Part shown: positions 18,941 to 29,393 of the stretch, piece by piece
Position numbering within the stretch: position 1 is the stretch's first letter
Layout of the letters: the number at the start of each line of letters is the position of its first letter
Assembly: GCA_963752285.1 (NCBI GenBank)
Contig: CAVVXN010000005.1
Coordinates: forward strand, 1,792,001-1,856,000
DNA length: 64,000 nt
From: an uncultured Planctomycetota bacterium
GTDB lineage: Bacteria; Planctomycetota; PLA2; JAEUHO01
Direction: 5' to 3'
Made by a program: the position numbers and the translations under genes
The notes under the pieces: generated by a model
What the model was told of the DNA's origin: nothing
The model's input: the letters and a program-made list of their open reading frames with translations, nothing else
Databases searched by the model: none

Positions 18941-18962
18941 AAGCTAACCACCCCCACCGACA
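18941..18962 (-). promoter_or_regulatory. RecA-NDp/PafBC-type DNA-damage promoter motif
   Basis: Minus strand TGTCGGTG-ggggtggt-TAGCTT, ending 10 nt upstream of the HNH ATG; fits TGTCRgtg-N8-TAnnnT. Confidence 0.55.
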
Positions 18963-19030
18963 CCCTCCCGGCTCCCCTGCTGCCCGCGCCCCGCCCGTTG
19001 TGGGACCAAAGCCCCTCAACTGCCGTGCCC

Positions 19031-19954
19031 TCAGCGCCCTCCGAGCAGGGTGACGAGCACGGCCTTCTGCACGTGGAGGCGGTTCTCCGCCTCGTCGAGC
19101 ACCACGGACCGCGGCCCGTCGAGCACCTCGTCGGTCACCTCCTCGCCCCGGTGCGCGGGGAGGCAGTGCATCACGATCGCGTCCGATCGCGCCCCGCGCA
19201 GCAGCGACTCGTTCACCTGGAAGCCCGCGAACGCGGCGCGGCGCGCCCGAGCCTCCTCCTCCTGTCCCATGCTCGTCCACGTGTCCGTGACGACGACGTT
19301 CGCGCCCTCGACCGCGGCTCGCGGATCGGCGCACGTCTCGATCGAGGCCCCGCTCGCACGCGCGTCCTCGCGCGCCGCCGCGAGCACCGCGCCGTCCGGC
19401 TCGTAGCCGGGCGGGGTCGCCACGCGCATCTGCCCGCCGAGCTTCGCGAGGAGGTAGAGCAGCGAGTGACACACGTTGTTCCCGTCGCCGACCCAGGCCA
19501 CGGTGAGCGCGGAGGGTCGGCCGAAACGGTCGAGCATCGTCAGCCCGTCGGCCAGCGCCTGACATGGATGCAGGAGGTCCGTGAGGCCGTTGACCACCGG
19601 TACGGTGCCCGCCGACGCGAGCTCCAGCACCGTGTCGTGCGCGAACGTACGCGCCATGATCCCATTCACGTACCGAGACAGTACGCGCGCCGTGTCGCCC
19701 ACGGTCTCGCCGCGCCCGAGTTGCATGTCGTTCCGGTTGAGGACCACGGCACGACCGCCGAGCTGCCCCATCCCGGTCTCGAACGAGACGCGCGTCCGCG
19801 TGGACGGCTTCTCGAAGATCATCGCCAGGGTCTTCCCCTCGAGCACACGGTGCGCCTCGCCGGCGCGAAGTCGGGACCGCAAGTCGCGCGCCAGATCGAA
19901 GACCGACTCGATCTCCTCCCGCGCCAGGTCGTGAACCGAGATCAAGTGCTCCAT
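19031..19954 (-). CDS. argF: Ornithine carbamoyltransferase
   Basis: KPSTRTRVSF, HPCQALAD, DTWTSMG, MHCLPAHRG, EAENRLH. Confidence 0.96.
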   Translation of the reverse strand: MEHLISVHDLAREEIESVFDLARDLRSRLRAGEAHRVLEGKTLAMIFEKPSTRTRVSFETGMGQLGGRAVVLNRNDMQLGRGETVGDTARVLSRYVNGIMARTFAHDTVLELASAGTVPVVNGLTDLLHPCQALADGLTMLDRFGRPSALTVAWVGDGNNVCHSLLYLLAKLGGQMRVATPPGYEPDGAVLAAAREDARASGASIETCADPRAAVEGANVVVTDTWTSMGQEEEARARRAAFAGFQVNESLLRGARSDAIVMHCLPAHRGEEVTDEVLDGPRSVVLDEAENRLHVQKAVLVTLLGGR

Positions 19955-20014
19955 GTCGCATGCCCTCCGTGGACCGCGCGCCCGTCGTTCACAGCGCCGC
20001 GATCGAGGCGCCCG

Positions 20015-20998
20015 TCAGAGCTTGCCGACGAAGTGCGTCCCGGCCCGTCCCTCCATGGCGTCCGGCAGATGCGCAGGGCTGGTGATCAGCCCCCGCTTGC
20101 CTCCGGCGCGCAGGAAGCGGCGGATCGCATCCACCTTCGGCCCCATGCTGCCCGGGGGGAAGTGGCCCTCGCCGACGTACGTCTCGATCTCCTCCAGGGT
20201 GACGGCGTTCAACGCGCGTTGCCGCGCGGTCCCGTAGTGCAGGTACACGTTCGGGACGTCGGACAGGATGATCAGGAACTCCGCGCCGATCTCGCTGCCC
20301 AGCAGGCTCGCCGTGAGATCCTTGTCGAGCACGGCCTCGACGCCCACGTAGTCTCCGGCGGCGTCCTTCACGATCGGGACGCCCCCGCCGCCGCCCGCGA
20401 TCACGATGTGCCCCTGCCGGGCGGCGTCCCGGATCATCCAGCGCTGCACGACCCTCTTCGGGTCGGGCGAGGGCACGACGCGACGCCAGCCCCGCCCCTT
20501 CTGCTCGCGCACGATCCAACCGAGGTCCCGGGCCCGCTGCTCCGCAGTCTCCAGGGACAGGAACGGACCGATCGGCTTCGTCGGCTTCTGGAACGCCGGG
20601 TCCGCGGGGTCCACCAACACCTGCGTCACGACCGTGACCACGTAGCGCTGGATGCGCTGGGTCCTCAGCCGATTGAGCAGGGCCTGCTGCAGGATGTACC
20701 CGAGGCTCCCCTCGGTCTCCGCGACGAGCACGTCCATCGGCCAGGCCGGGACCTCTCCCTCGGCCAGCTCGTTCTTGATGAGCTGGTTTCCCACCTGCGG
20801 CCCGTTGCCGTGCGTGATGACGAGGTTGTACCCGCGGCCCACGAGCACCATCAGGTGCTCGCAGATCTCGGCGGCGTTCCGATGGTGCTGGGCGACGTCA
20901 CCGACCTCGCCCGGCTTCATGAACGCGTGCCCCCCCATCGCGACGATCGCGATCGGCCGCTTCTTCGCCTGCGCCTGCGCTTCGCGCGTGGGCTCCAT
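20015..20998 (-). CDS. arcC: Carbamate kinase
   Basis: VAMGGHA, THGNGPQVG, PTKPIGPF, RRVVPSP, EAVLDKD, GSMGPKV. ATG 20998. Confidence 0.93.
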   Translation of the reverse strand: MEPTREAQAQAKKRPIAIVAMGGHAFMKPGEVGDVAQHHRNAAEICEHLMVLVGRGYNLVITHGNGPQVGNQLIKNELAEGEVPAWPMDVLVAETEGSLGYILQQALLNRLRTQRIQRYVVTVVTQVLVDPADPAFQKPTKPIGPFLSLETAEQRARDLGWIVREQKGRGWRRVVPSPDPKRVVQRWMIRDAARQGHIVIAGGGGGVPIVKDAAGDYVGVEAVLDKDLTASLLGSEIGAEFLIILSDVPNVYLHYGTARQRALNAVTLEEIETYVGEGHFPPGSMGPKVDAIRRFLRAGGKRGLITSPAHLPDAMEGRAGTHFVGKL

Positions 20999-21102
20999 CG
21001 GCCTCCGCTTCTCCTCCGCCCCAGGCGGAGGGAGAGGGGGCATTCTCGGCGCCCGCGCGGCGCCCGCCAGAGAACACCCCGGCGCGTCCGACCGCGCCCC
21101 CG

Positions 21103-22773
21103 CTACCGTTTCTCGAGCCGGCGGTCGACCACCTCGAGGAGGGCCGCCTCGCGGCGGAGGGCCTCCCGCCGGAGCACCGCGGCGCGCTCGAGGAAACCGT
21201 CGCGCGCCGCCACGTCCTTCAGGCCCTGCGCGTTGATGCGCACGTTGAGCTCCGCCCCGAGGACGGCCGTCCGGGCCGCCAGGCCCCCCACCCCCACGTC
21301 GGAGATCGACGCGCCGAGGCCCCGCTCGGCCACGAGGTCCAGCACGTCGAACGAGGCGACCGCCACCTCCATCACCCGAAGCGGCACCTCGATCGCTCGC
21401 GTCGTCGCGCGCTGGATCGCGGCGGACCGTTCCTCGGCGGGCGCCTTCCATGCCGCGACGATGCCTTCGAACGCGCGGGTGTCCTCGTCCACCAGGTCCA
21501 CGAGCTCCGCCCAGCAGGCCTTCCCGCGCTCCGCGAGGTCGGAGAACTCCCGCCAGCGGTCGTCCCAGCCGCGCCTGTGGGCGGACAGGTTCGCGACCAT
21601 CGCCCCCAGCGCGGCGCCGAGCGCGCCCACGGCGGCGCTCACCGACCCGCCGCCGGGCGCCGGCGCCTCCGAGGCGGTCGTCTCGACGAAGTCCCCGAGC
21701 GTCAGGTCCGCGAGCCGTCGGGCGCCCCGGTCTCGGATCGCGTACTCGACGATACGCTGTTCCGCTTCGAACGGTTCGAGCTCGCCGAGCCCCATGCTCC
21801 GGACGGCGATCCGCACGAGTTCCCGATCGGAGACGCCGATCGACCGGTGCTGCTTCTCCAGGAAGTAGCGACCCGCGTCGAGCATCGCGCGCAGCGGGAC
21901 GAGGCCCACCAGCTCCGCACCGGTCACGCGGACGCCCCGCGCCTCGGCCCGACGGCACACCTCCTCGAAGGCCACGTGCACGGGGGTGATCGAGAGATCG
22001 GTCAGGTTCATCGAGATCTGGCAGATCCCGTACTCCTCGATGTACCAGCCGATCGCCTTCACGGCCCGCAGCGACCCCGGCTCCCACACGGGTTGCCCCT
22101 TCGCGTCCTTCACCACCGCGCCCGTGAGCGGCGGGTCCCGCTTCACGCGCCCGCGCTCGCGCACGTCGAACGCGATCGCGTTCGCCCGGCGCGTGGACGT
22201 GGTGTTCAGGTTCGCGTTGAAGGCGACGAGGAAGTCCCGGGCGCCCACCGCGGTCGCGCCGGTCCGCGCGGAGAAGGCCCGGGGCCCGTAGTCGGGCGCC
22301 CACGCCGGGTCGGCGAGGCGCTTCTCGAGCCCCTCGTACTCGCCCGCGCGCACGTCGGCGAGGCTCCTGCGCTCGGGACGCGTCGCCGCACGCTCGTAGC
22401 AGAACACCGTCAGCCCCACCTCCTCGCCGAGGCGCCGGGCGAGGCGGTGGGCCCACGCGATGGTCTCCTCCATCGTGATGCCCGACACCGGGACCAGTGG
22501 ACACACGTCGAGGCCCCCGAACCGGGGGTGCTCTCCCTGGTGTCGCCGCATGTCGATCCGCTCCGCGGCCACGCGCGCGGTACGGACCGCGGCCTCGACG
22601 ACGGCCTCGGGCGCCCCGACGAACGTGACCACGGTGCGGTTCGTCGCCCGGCCCGCGTCGACGCCGAGGAGGTGGACGCCCTCCACCGACTGGACCGCCC
22701 GCCGGATCCCGTCGAGGGTCTCCTCGTCCCGTCCCTCGCTGAAGTTGGGGACGCACTCCAAGAGCGGGGTCAT
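21103..22773 (-). CDS. ftcD: Bifunctional glutamate formimidoyltransferase / formiminotetrahydrofolate cyclodeaminase
   Basis: LECVPNFSEGRD, HQGEHPRFG, GARDFLVAFN; C-terminal PAPGGGSVSA cyclodeaminase motif. Confidence 0.93.
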   Translation of the reverse strand: MTPLLECVPNFSEGRDEETLDGIRRAVQSVEGVHLLGVDAGRATNRTVVTFVGAPEAVVEAAVRTARVAAERIDMRRHQGEHPRFGGLDVCPLVPVSGITMEETIAWAHRLARRLGEEVGLTVFCYERAATRPERRSLADVRAGEYEGLEKRLADPAWAPDYGPRAFSARTGATAVGARDFLVAFNANLNTTSTRRANAIAFDVRERGRVKRDPPLTGAVVKDAKGQPVWEPGSLRAVKAIGWYIEEYGICQISMNLTDLSITPVHVAFEEVCRRAEARGVRVTGAELVGLVPLRAMLDAGRYFLEKQHRSIGVSDRELVRIAVRSMGLGELEPFEAEQRIVEYAIRDRGARRLADLTLGDFVETTASEAPAPGGGSVSAAVGALGAALGAMVANLSAHRRGWDDRWREFSDLAERGKACWAELVDLVDEDTRAFEGIVAAWKAPAEERSAAIQRATTRAIEVPLRVMEVAVASFDVLDLVAERGLGASISDVGVGGLAARTAVLGAELNVRINAQGLKDVAARDGFLERAAVLRREALRREAALLEVVDRRLEKR

Positions 22774-22923
22774 CGCGCCTCCTCCCGACCGCCGAGGGCC
22801 CCTTCGGGAGCGCCCGCACGTCGGGCCCACGCTACGGGACGCCAGGGCGCCGCGAAGCCCCGGCCAGGGCGGACCGGCGCTCCGACGCCCCGGACCGGCC
22901 GGTCTTCCCGAGACAGGGCCCGC

Positions 22924-22948
22924 ATATCGGACTAAACTCGTCTTGATT
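22924..22948 (+). promoter_or_regulatory. IscR-type (Rrf2) operator overlapping a putative -10 (TAAACT)
   Basis: ATATCGGACTAAACTCGTCTTGATT, an AT-rich GAC-N7-GTC site 12 nt upstream of the Rrf2 gene. Confidence 0.55.
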
Positions 22949-22960
22949 CGCGAGGTCCCC

Positions 22961-23434
22961 ATGATCCGCATCACGCGCCTCACCGACTACGGCATCGTCC
23001 TGCTCTCGCGCTTCGTCGGCGAGGCGGACGACGCGGTCCTGTCCGCGCGCGAGCTCGCGGCCCAGAGCGGCATCCCGCTTCCGACGGTCTCCAAGATCCT
23101 GAAGACCCTGACGCGCGAGGGGCTGCTCGTCTCGCAGCGCGGGACGCAGGGGGGGTATCGCCTCGCGAAGGAACCCGTGGACATCACGGTCGCCGACATC
23201 ATCGCCGCGCTCGAGGGACCGATCGCCCTGACCGAGTGCGCGGACGCCGGCGGCGGCCTCTGCGAGATCGAGCTGACGTGCCCGATGCGAAGCAACTGGC
23301 AGCGCATCACCGACGCGATTCGAAGCGCCCTCGAGGCGATTCCCCTCCAGGACATGACGTTCCGGTTCCCGATCCAGGGATCGAAGCCCGAGATCGAGGC
23401 GATGTCCGACCTGGCCCCACCGCCCCGGGGCTGA
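22961..23434 (+). CDS. SUF system Rrf2-family Fe-S cluster regulator
   Basis: [22 protein letters not shown], three Cys (TEC...LC...TC). Confidence 0.9.
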   Translation: MIRITRLTDYGIVLLSRFVGEADDAVLSARELAAQSGIPLPTVSKILKTLTREGLLVSQRGTQGGYRLAKEPVDITVADIIAALEGPIALTECADAGGGLCEIELTCPMRSNWQRITDAIRSALEAIPLQDMTFRFPIQGSKPEIEAMSDLAPPPRG

Positions 23435-23459
23435 GGGCCGAAGATCGAAGGACGTGGTC

Positions 23460-24911
<1,452 letters not shown>

Positions 24912-25037
24912 CCCGGCGCCCCGGTCGGGACCGGGCCCCGCCCGACTCCGGGACGCGGCCGGGACGCAGAGCGACGACGGCAGGACCGACGGCGAGCGCA
25001 CCACCCGAGAGCCCCCCATCCGGCGGACGAGGAACCG

Positions 25038-25850
25038 ATGACGACCCCCCCCGACGCGGCGAAGCCGAACGCGCCCTTCCTGCTCGAGATCCACGACCTC
25101 CACGCCGCCATCGGTGAGAAGCCGATCCTGCGCGGCATCGACCTGGAGGTCCGACCGGGCGAGGTCCACGCGATCATGGGCCCCAACGGGTCGGGCAAGA
25201 GCACGTTCGCGAAGGTGCTCGCGGGGAACGAGCAGGTCCGGGTGACCTCCGGCCTCTTGCGATATCGCGGCGAGGAGCTCCTCCCGCTCCCGGCCGAGGA
25301 GCGGGCGCGCCGGGGGATCTTCCTCGCGTTCCAGTACCCGGTGGAGATCCCGGGCGTCAGCAACGCCTACTTCCTCCGGGCGGGGCTCAACGCGATCCGG
25401 AAGCACCGCGGCGAGGAGGCGCTCGACGCGATGGACTTCCTCTCCCTGGTCCGGGAGCGCATGAAGCGGCTCCACATGGACCCCGCGCTCCTGGAGCGCG
25501 CCGTGAACGACGGCTTCAGCGGCGGCGAGAAGAAGCGCAACGAGGTCCTCCAGATGGCGATCCTCGAGCCGACCCTGGCCGTCCTCGACGAGACGGACTC
25601 CGGCCTCGACATCGACGCGCTGAAGATCGTGGCGCAGGGGGTGAACGACCTGCGGAGCCCCGATCGCGCCTTCGTGGTCGTGACGCACTACCAGCGCCTG
25701 CTCGACTACATCGTCCCCGACCAGGTCCACGTGCTCCACGCGGGCCGGATCGTCAAGACCGGCTGCGCCGAGCTGGCCCAGCGCCTCGAGGCGCAGGGGT
25801 ACGCCTGGCTCGAGGACGAGGTGAGCGCGGGCCACGCGGAGGTCTCGTGA
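25038..25850 (+). CDS. sufC: Fe-S cluster assembly ATPase SufC
   Basis: GPNGSGKST, FQYPVEIPGV, FSGGEKKR, LDETDSGLD. Confidence 0.97.
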   Translation: MTTPPDAAKPNAPFLLEIHDLHAAIGEKPILRGIDLEVRPGEVHAIMGPNGSGKSTFAKVLAGNEQVRVTSGLLRYRGEELLPLPAEERARRGIFLAFQYPVEIPGVSNAYFLRAGLNAIRKHRGEEALDAMDFLSLVRERMKRLHMDPALLERAVNDGFSGGEKKRNEVLQMAILEPTLAVLDETDSGLDIDALKIVAQGVNDLRSPDRAFVVVTHYQRLLDYIVPDQVHVLHAGRIVKTGCAELAQRLEAQGYAWLEDEVSAGHAEVS

Positions 25851-27175
25851 CGACGGCGAACGCCCTCGCCGGCTGGCAGGCGGCCGCCGCGGTGCGCGCC
25901 GCGAGCCCCCAGCCCGAGTGGCTCGCGCGCGACCGGCGCGCGGCGCTCGACGCGTTCCTGAAGCAGGGACTTCCGACCCCGCGCGTCGAGGCGTGGCGCA
26001 CGACGAACCTCGCGGAGGTGGCGCGCACGCCCTGGACCGACGCGCCGCCGCCCGACGCCGGGACGCTCGATCGCGCGCGCCGTCTGCTCGATACCCTCCC
26101 CCTGCCGCCGGCCCGGACCGCGCGCCTCGTGCTCGTGAACGGACACGTCGCCCGCTCGCTCTCCGTCGCACCCCCGCACCCCGGCTTCCGCGTCGGGAGC
26201 CTCGCGCGCCGGGCGCCCACGCTCGAGGGACGGCTCGGCCGGCTTCTCTCGGTGTCGGACCACCCGTTCCAGGCACTGAACGCCGCGCTGTGGGCCGACG
26301 GCCTCCTCCTCGGGTTCGAGCCGGAGGCGCGGCCCGGGGCGCCCGTCCACGTGGTGTCCGTCGCGATCGGCGGGACGGACGCGCGCGCGGTCCATCCGCG
26401 TCTGCTCGTCCATGTCGACGACGGCGCCGAGGCGGGAATCCTCCTCACCTGGCTCGCCGAGTCCGACGGCCCCCTCCTCGTGAACGGGATGGCCGAGGTC
26501 TTCGTCGACGCGGGAGGGCGCCTCGACCTCCTCGAGATCGAGGCCCAGTCCCCGACGACCGCGCACGTGTGGAACGTCTCCGCGCGGCTCGGACGCGATG
26601 CCCGCCTCGCGCACACGCGCGTGGTCGGCGGCCTCGGCACCGGCCTCGGCGCGGGCCTCGCGCGTGCGGAGCTCGACGTACGGCTCGACGACGAGGGCGC
26701 CGAGGCGACGCTCGACGGGCTCCTGCTCGCCGATGGGACGCGGCACGTGGACGTCCAGACGCACATGGACCACGCCAAGCCGAACGGGACGAGCCGTCAG
26801 CTCTACAAGTGCATCCTCGCCGACCGCGCGACCACGGCGTTCGGCGGGCAGGTCCAGGTCCGCGCGGGCGCGCAGAAGACGAACGCGCGGCAGTCGAACC
26901 ACAACCTGCTGCTCTCCGACACGGCGGTCGCGGACGCAAAGCCGGAGCTCGAGATCCTGGCGGACGACGTGAAATGCGCCCACGGCGCGACCGTCGGCCA
27001 GCTCGACGAGGACGCGCTCTTCTACCTCCGGTCGCGCGGCATCGCGCCGGACGAGGCCCGCGCGATGCTCGTCCGGGCCTTCGCAGGCGAGGTGGCCGAC
27101 CGGGTCGGCCCCGAGGCGCTCCGGGAGCACGCCCGCGCGGTGGTCCGCGCGGCGCTCGCCGTGGGGGCGTGGTGA
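25847..27175 (+). CDS. sufD: Fe-S cluster assembly protein SufD
   Basis: EAWRTT, KPELEILADDVKCAHGATVGQLD, LFYLRSRGI. Confidence 0.95.
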   Translation: MTTANALAGWQAAAAVRAASPQPEWLARDRRAALDAFLKQGLPTPRVEAWRTTNLAEVARTPWTDAPPPDAGTLDRARRLLDTLPLPPARTARLVLVNGHVARSLSVAPPHPGFRVGSLARRAPTLEGRLGRLLSVSDHPFQALNAALWADGLLLGFEPEARPGAPVHVVSVAIGGTDARAVHPRLLVHVDDGAEAGILLTWLAESDGPLLVNGMAEVFVDAGGRLDLLEIEAQSPTTAHVWNVSARLGRDARLAHTRVVGGLGTGLGAGLARAELDVRLDDEGAEATLDGLLLADGTRHVDVQTHMDHAKPNGTSRQLYKCILADRATTAFGGQVQVRAGAQKTNARQSNHNLLLSDTAVADAKPELEILADDVKCAHGATVGQLDEDALFYLRSRGIAPDEARAMLVRAFAGEVADRVGPEALREHARAVVRAALAVGAW

Positions 27176-28440
27176 CCGCCGTGCCGTCCCCCGCGGCGTC
27201 CTCGTCCCCGTCGTCCACGACCTTCGACGCGGCGGCCGCGGCCGAGGCGTTCCCGATCCTCGCGCGCACGATCCGCGGGCGCCGGCTCGTCTATCTCGAC
27301 AACGCCGCGACCACACAGAAGCCCCGCGCGGTGATCGACGCGCTCCTCAGCTACTACGAGACCCACAACTCGAACGTCCACCGCGGCGTCCACCTCCTGA
27401 GCCAGGAGGCGACGGAGGGCTACGAGGGCGCGCGAGAGACGGTCCGGCGCTTCCTCGGCGCGGCCTCGACCCGCGAGATCGTCTTCACGCGCGGCACGAC
27501 CGAGTCGATCAACCTGGTGGCGCAGGCGTGGGGGCGAGCGAACGTCCGCGCCGGCGACTCGGTGCTCGTCACCGAGATGGAGCACCACAGCGACATCGTG
27601 CCGTGGCAGATGCTCTGCCAGGCGACCGGCGCGCGCCTCGACGTCCTTCCGATCGACGACGCGGGCGCGCTGCGCATGGACCTCCTCGACGCGCACCTCG
27701 GCCCGAGGACCCGGCTCGTGGGCGTCGTGCACGTGAGCAACGCCCTCGGCACGAGGAACCCCGTCGAGGAGGTCGTCCGGCGCGCCCACGCCGCGGGGGC
27801 CCTCGTCCTCGTGGACGGCGCGCAGGCGGTGCCTCACCTGCCGGTGGACGTCCGCGCGATCGACGCGGACTTCTACGCGTTCTCGGGCCACAAGGTCTAC
27901 GGCCCCACCGGCATCGGCGTGCTGTACGGCAAGGAGGCGCTCCTCGACGCGATGCCGCCGTGGCAGGGTGGCGGAGACATGATCAAGATGGTCACGTTCG
28001 AGCACACGACCTGGAACGACCTGCCGTACAAGTTCGAGGCCGGCACGCCCCACGTCGCGGGCGCGATCGGGCTCGGTGTCGCGCTCGAGTACGTGGAGTC
28101 GCTCGGCCGCGACCGGCTCCGCGCCCACGAGCAGGACCTCCTCCGGTACGGGACGGACCGGCTCCTCGCGGTCGAGGGCCTCCGGCTGATCGGGACCGCG
28201 CCCGAGAAGAGCGCCGTCCTCTCGTTCGTGCTGGACGGCGTCCACCCGCACGACGCGGGGACCATCCTCGACCACGAGGGCGTCGCGGTCCGGACCGGCC
28301 ACCACTGCGCGTACCCCGTCATGCAGCGCTTCGGGGTGCCCGCGACGACCCGCGCCTCGCTCGCGCTCTACAACACGCGGGACGACGTCGACGCGCTCGT
28401 TGCGGCTCTCGCCGAGGTTCGGAAGGTGTTCCCCCGATGA
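27172..28440 (+). CDS. sufS: Cysteine desulfurase SufS
   Basis: YLDNAATTQKP, SGHKVYGPTGIG, RTGHHCA. GTG overlaps the sufD stop. Confidence 0.96.
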   Translation: MTAVPSPAASSSPSSTTFDAAAAAEAFPILARTIRGRRLVYLDNAATTQKPRAVIDALLSYYETHNSNVHRGVHLLSQEATEGYEGARETVRRFLGAASTREIVFTRGTTESINLVAQAWGRANVRAGDSVLVTEMEHHSDIVPWQMLCQATGARLDVLPIDDAGALRMDLLDAHLGPRTRLVGVVHVSNALGTRNPVEEVVRRAHAAGALVLVDGAQAVPHLPVDVRAIDADFYAFSGHKVYGPTGIGVLYGKEALLDAMPPWQGGGDMIKMVTFEHTTWNDLPYKFEAGTPHVAGAIGLGVALEYVESLGRDRLRAHEQDLLRYGTDRLLAVEGLRLIGTAPEKSAVLSFVLDGVHPHDAGTILDHEGVAVRTGHHCAYPVMQRFGVPATTRASLALYNTRDDVDALVAALAEVRKVFPR

Positions 28441-28886
28441 GCGATCTCCGGTCCCTCTACCAGGAGGTCGTGCTCGACCACGGCCGGAGCCCGCGGAACC
28501 GGCGACGGATCGAGGGGGCCCGCGAGGCGAAGGGAGAGAACCCGCTCTGCGGCGACGAGGTGACCGTGTACGTGCGGATCGAGGACGGCGTGATCCGGGA
28601 CGCCTCGTTCGAGGGATCGGGCTGCGCGATCTCGACGGCGTCCGCCTCGATCATGACCCAGGTCCTCCCGGGAAAGACCCCCGCGGAGGCGCTCCGCCTC
28701 TTCGAGCGGTACCACGACGTCGTGACGGGTCGCGCCGACCCCGCCGGGGGGACGGAGGACCTGGGCAAGCTCGCGGCCTTCGCCGGCGTCTCCGAGTTCC
28801 CCGTCCGGGTGAAGTGCGCGACGCTCGCCTGGCACACGCTGAAGGCCGCCCTCGAGCAGCAGCCCGAGATCGTCACGACCGAATGA
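28437..28886 (+). CDS. sufU: SUF system NifU-family sulfur-transfer protein SufU
   Basis: LYQEVVLDH, NPLCGD, GCAIS, RVKCATLAWH. Confidence 0.95.
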   Translation: MSDLRSLYQEVVLDHGRSPRNRRRIEGAREAKGENPLCGDEVTVYVRIEDGVIRDASFEGSGCAISTASASIMTQVLPGKTPAEALRLFERYHDVVTGRADPAGGTEDLGKLAAFAGVSEFPVRVKCATLAWHTLKAALEQQPEIVTTE

Positions 28887-28917
28887 AGCCCCGCGCCGCC
28901 GCGAACGGGAGTCCCCG

Positions 28918-29280
28918 ATGACCGAAGCCCCCGATCCCCAACCCGCCGCGGAAGAGCCCCTCGCCCCGGAGGCGCTCGGCCGGATCCGGGAGGACGTCGT
29001 GGAGATGCTGCGAACCGTCTACGACCCCGAGATCCCCGTCAACGTGTACGAGCTCGGGCTCGTGTACGACGTGGACGTGAAGGCCGACGGCTTCGTCGTG
29101 GTCCGGATGACGCTGACCTCCCCCTCCTGCCCGGTGGCCGAGAGCCTCCCCGGCGAGGTCGAAGTCCGGGTGAACGGCGTCGAGGGGGTCCGCGGCTGCG
29201 AGGTGGACCTCACGTGGGACCCGCCCTGGGACCCCTCGAAGATGAGCGAGGCGGCCCGCCTCCAGCTCGGGTTCATGTAG
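28918..29280 (+). CDS. sufT: DUF59/SufT Fe-S maturation protein
   Basis: VYDPEIPVNVYELGLVY, MTLTSPSCP, WDPPW. Confidence 0.9.
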   Translation: MTEAPDPQPAAEEPLAPEALGRIREDVVEMLRTVYDPEIPVNVYELGLVYDVDVKADGFVVVRMTLTSPSCPVAESLPGEVEVRVNGVEGVRGCEVDLTWDPPWDPSKMSEAARLQLGFM

Positions 29281-29393
29281 GGGCCGAGACGCCGCGGCCG
29301 CGCCCGCGCGGGGCCCCCACCGGTGTATGTTGAGCCCACCCCGAGGCCGGTCCGGACGCCTCGGCGTCGGCCTCGTGCCGAGGAGGGAACACC

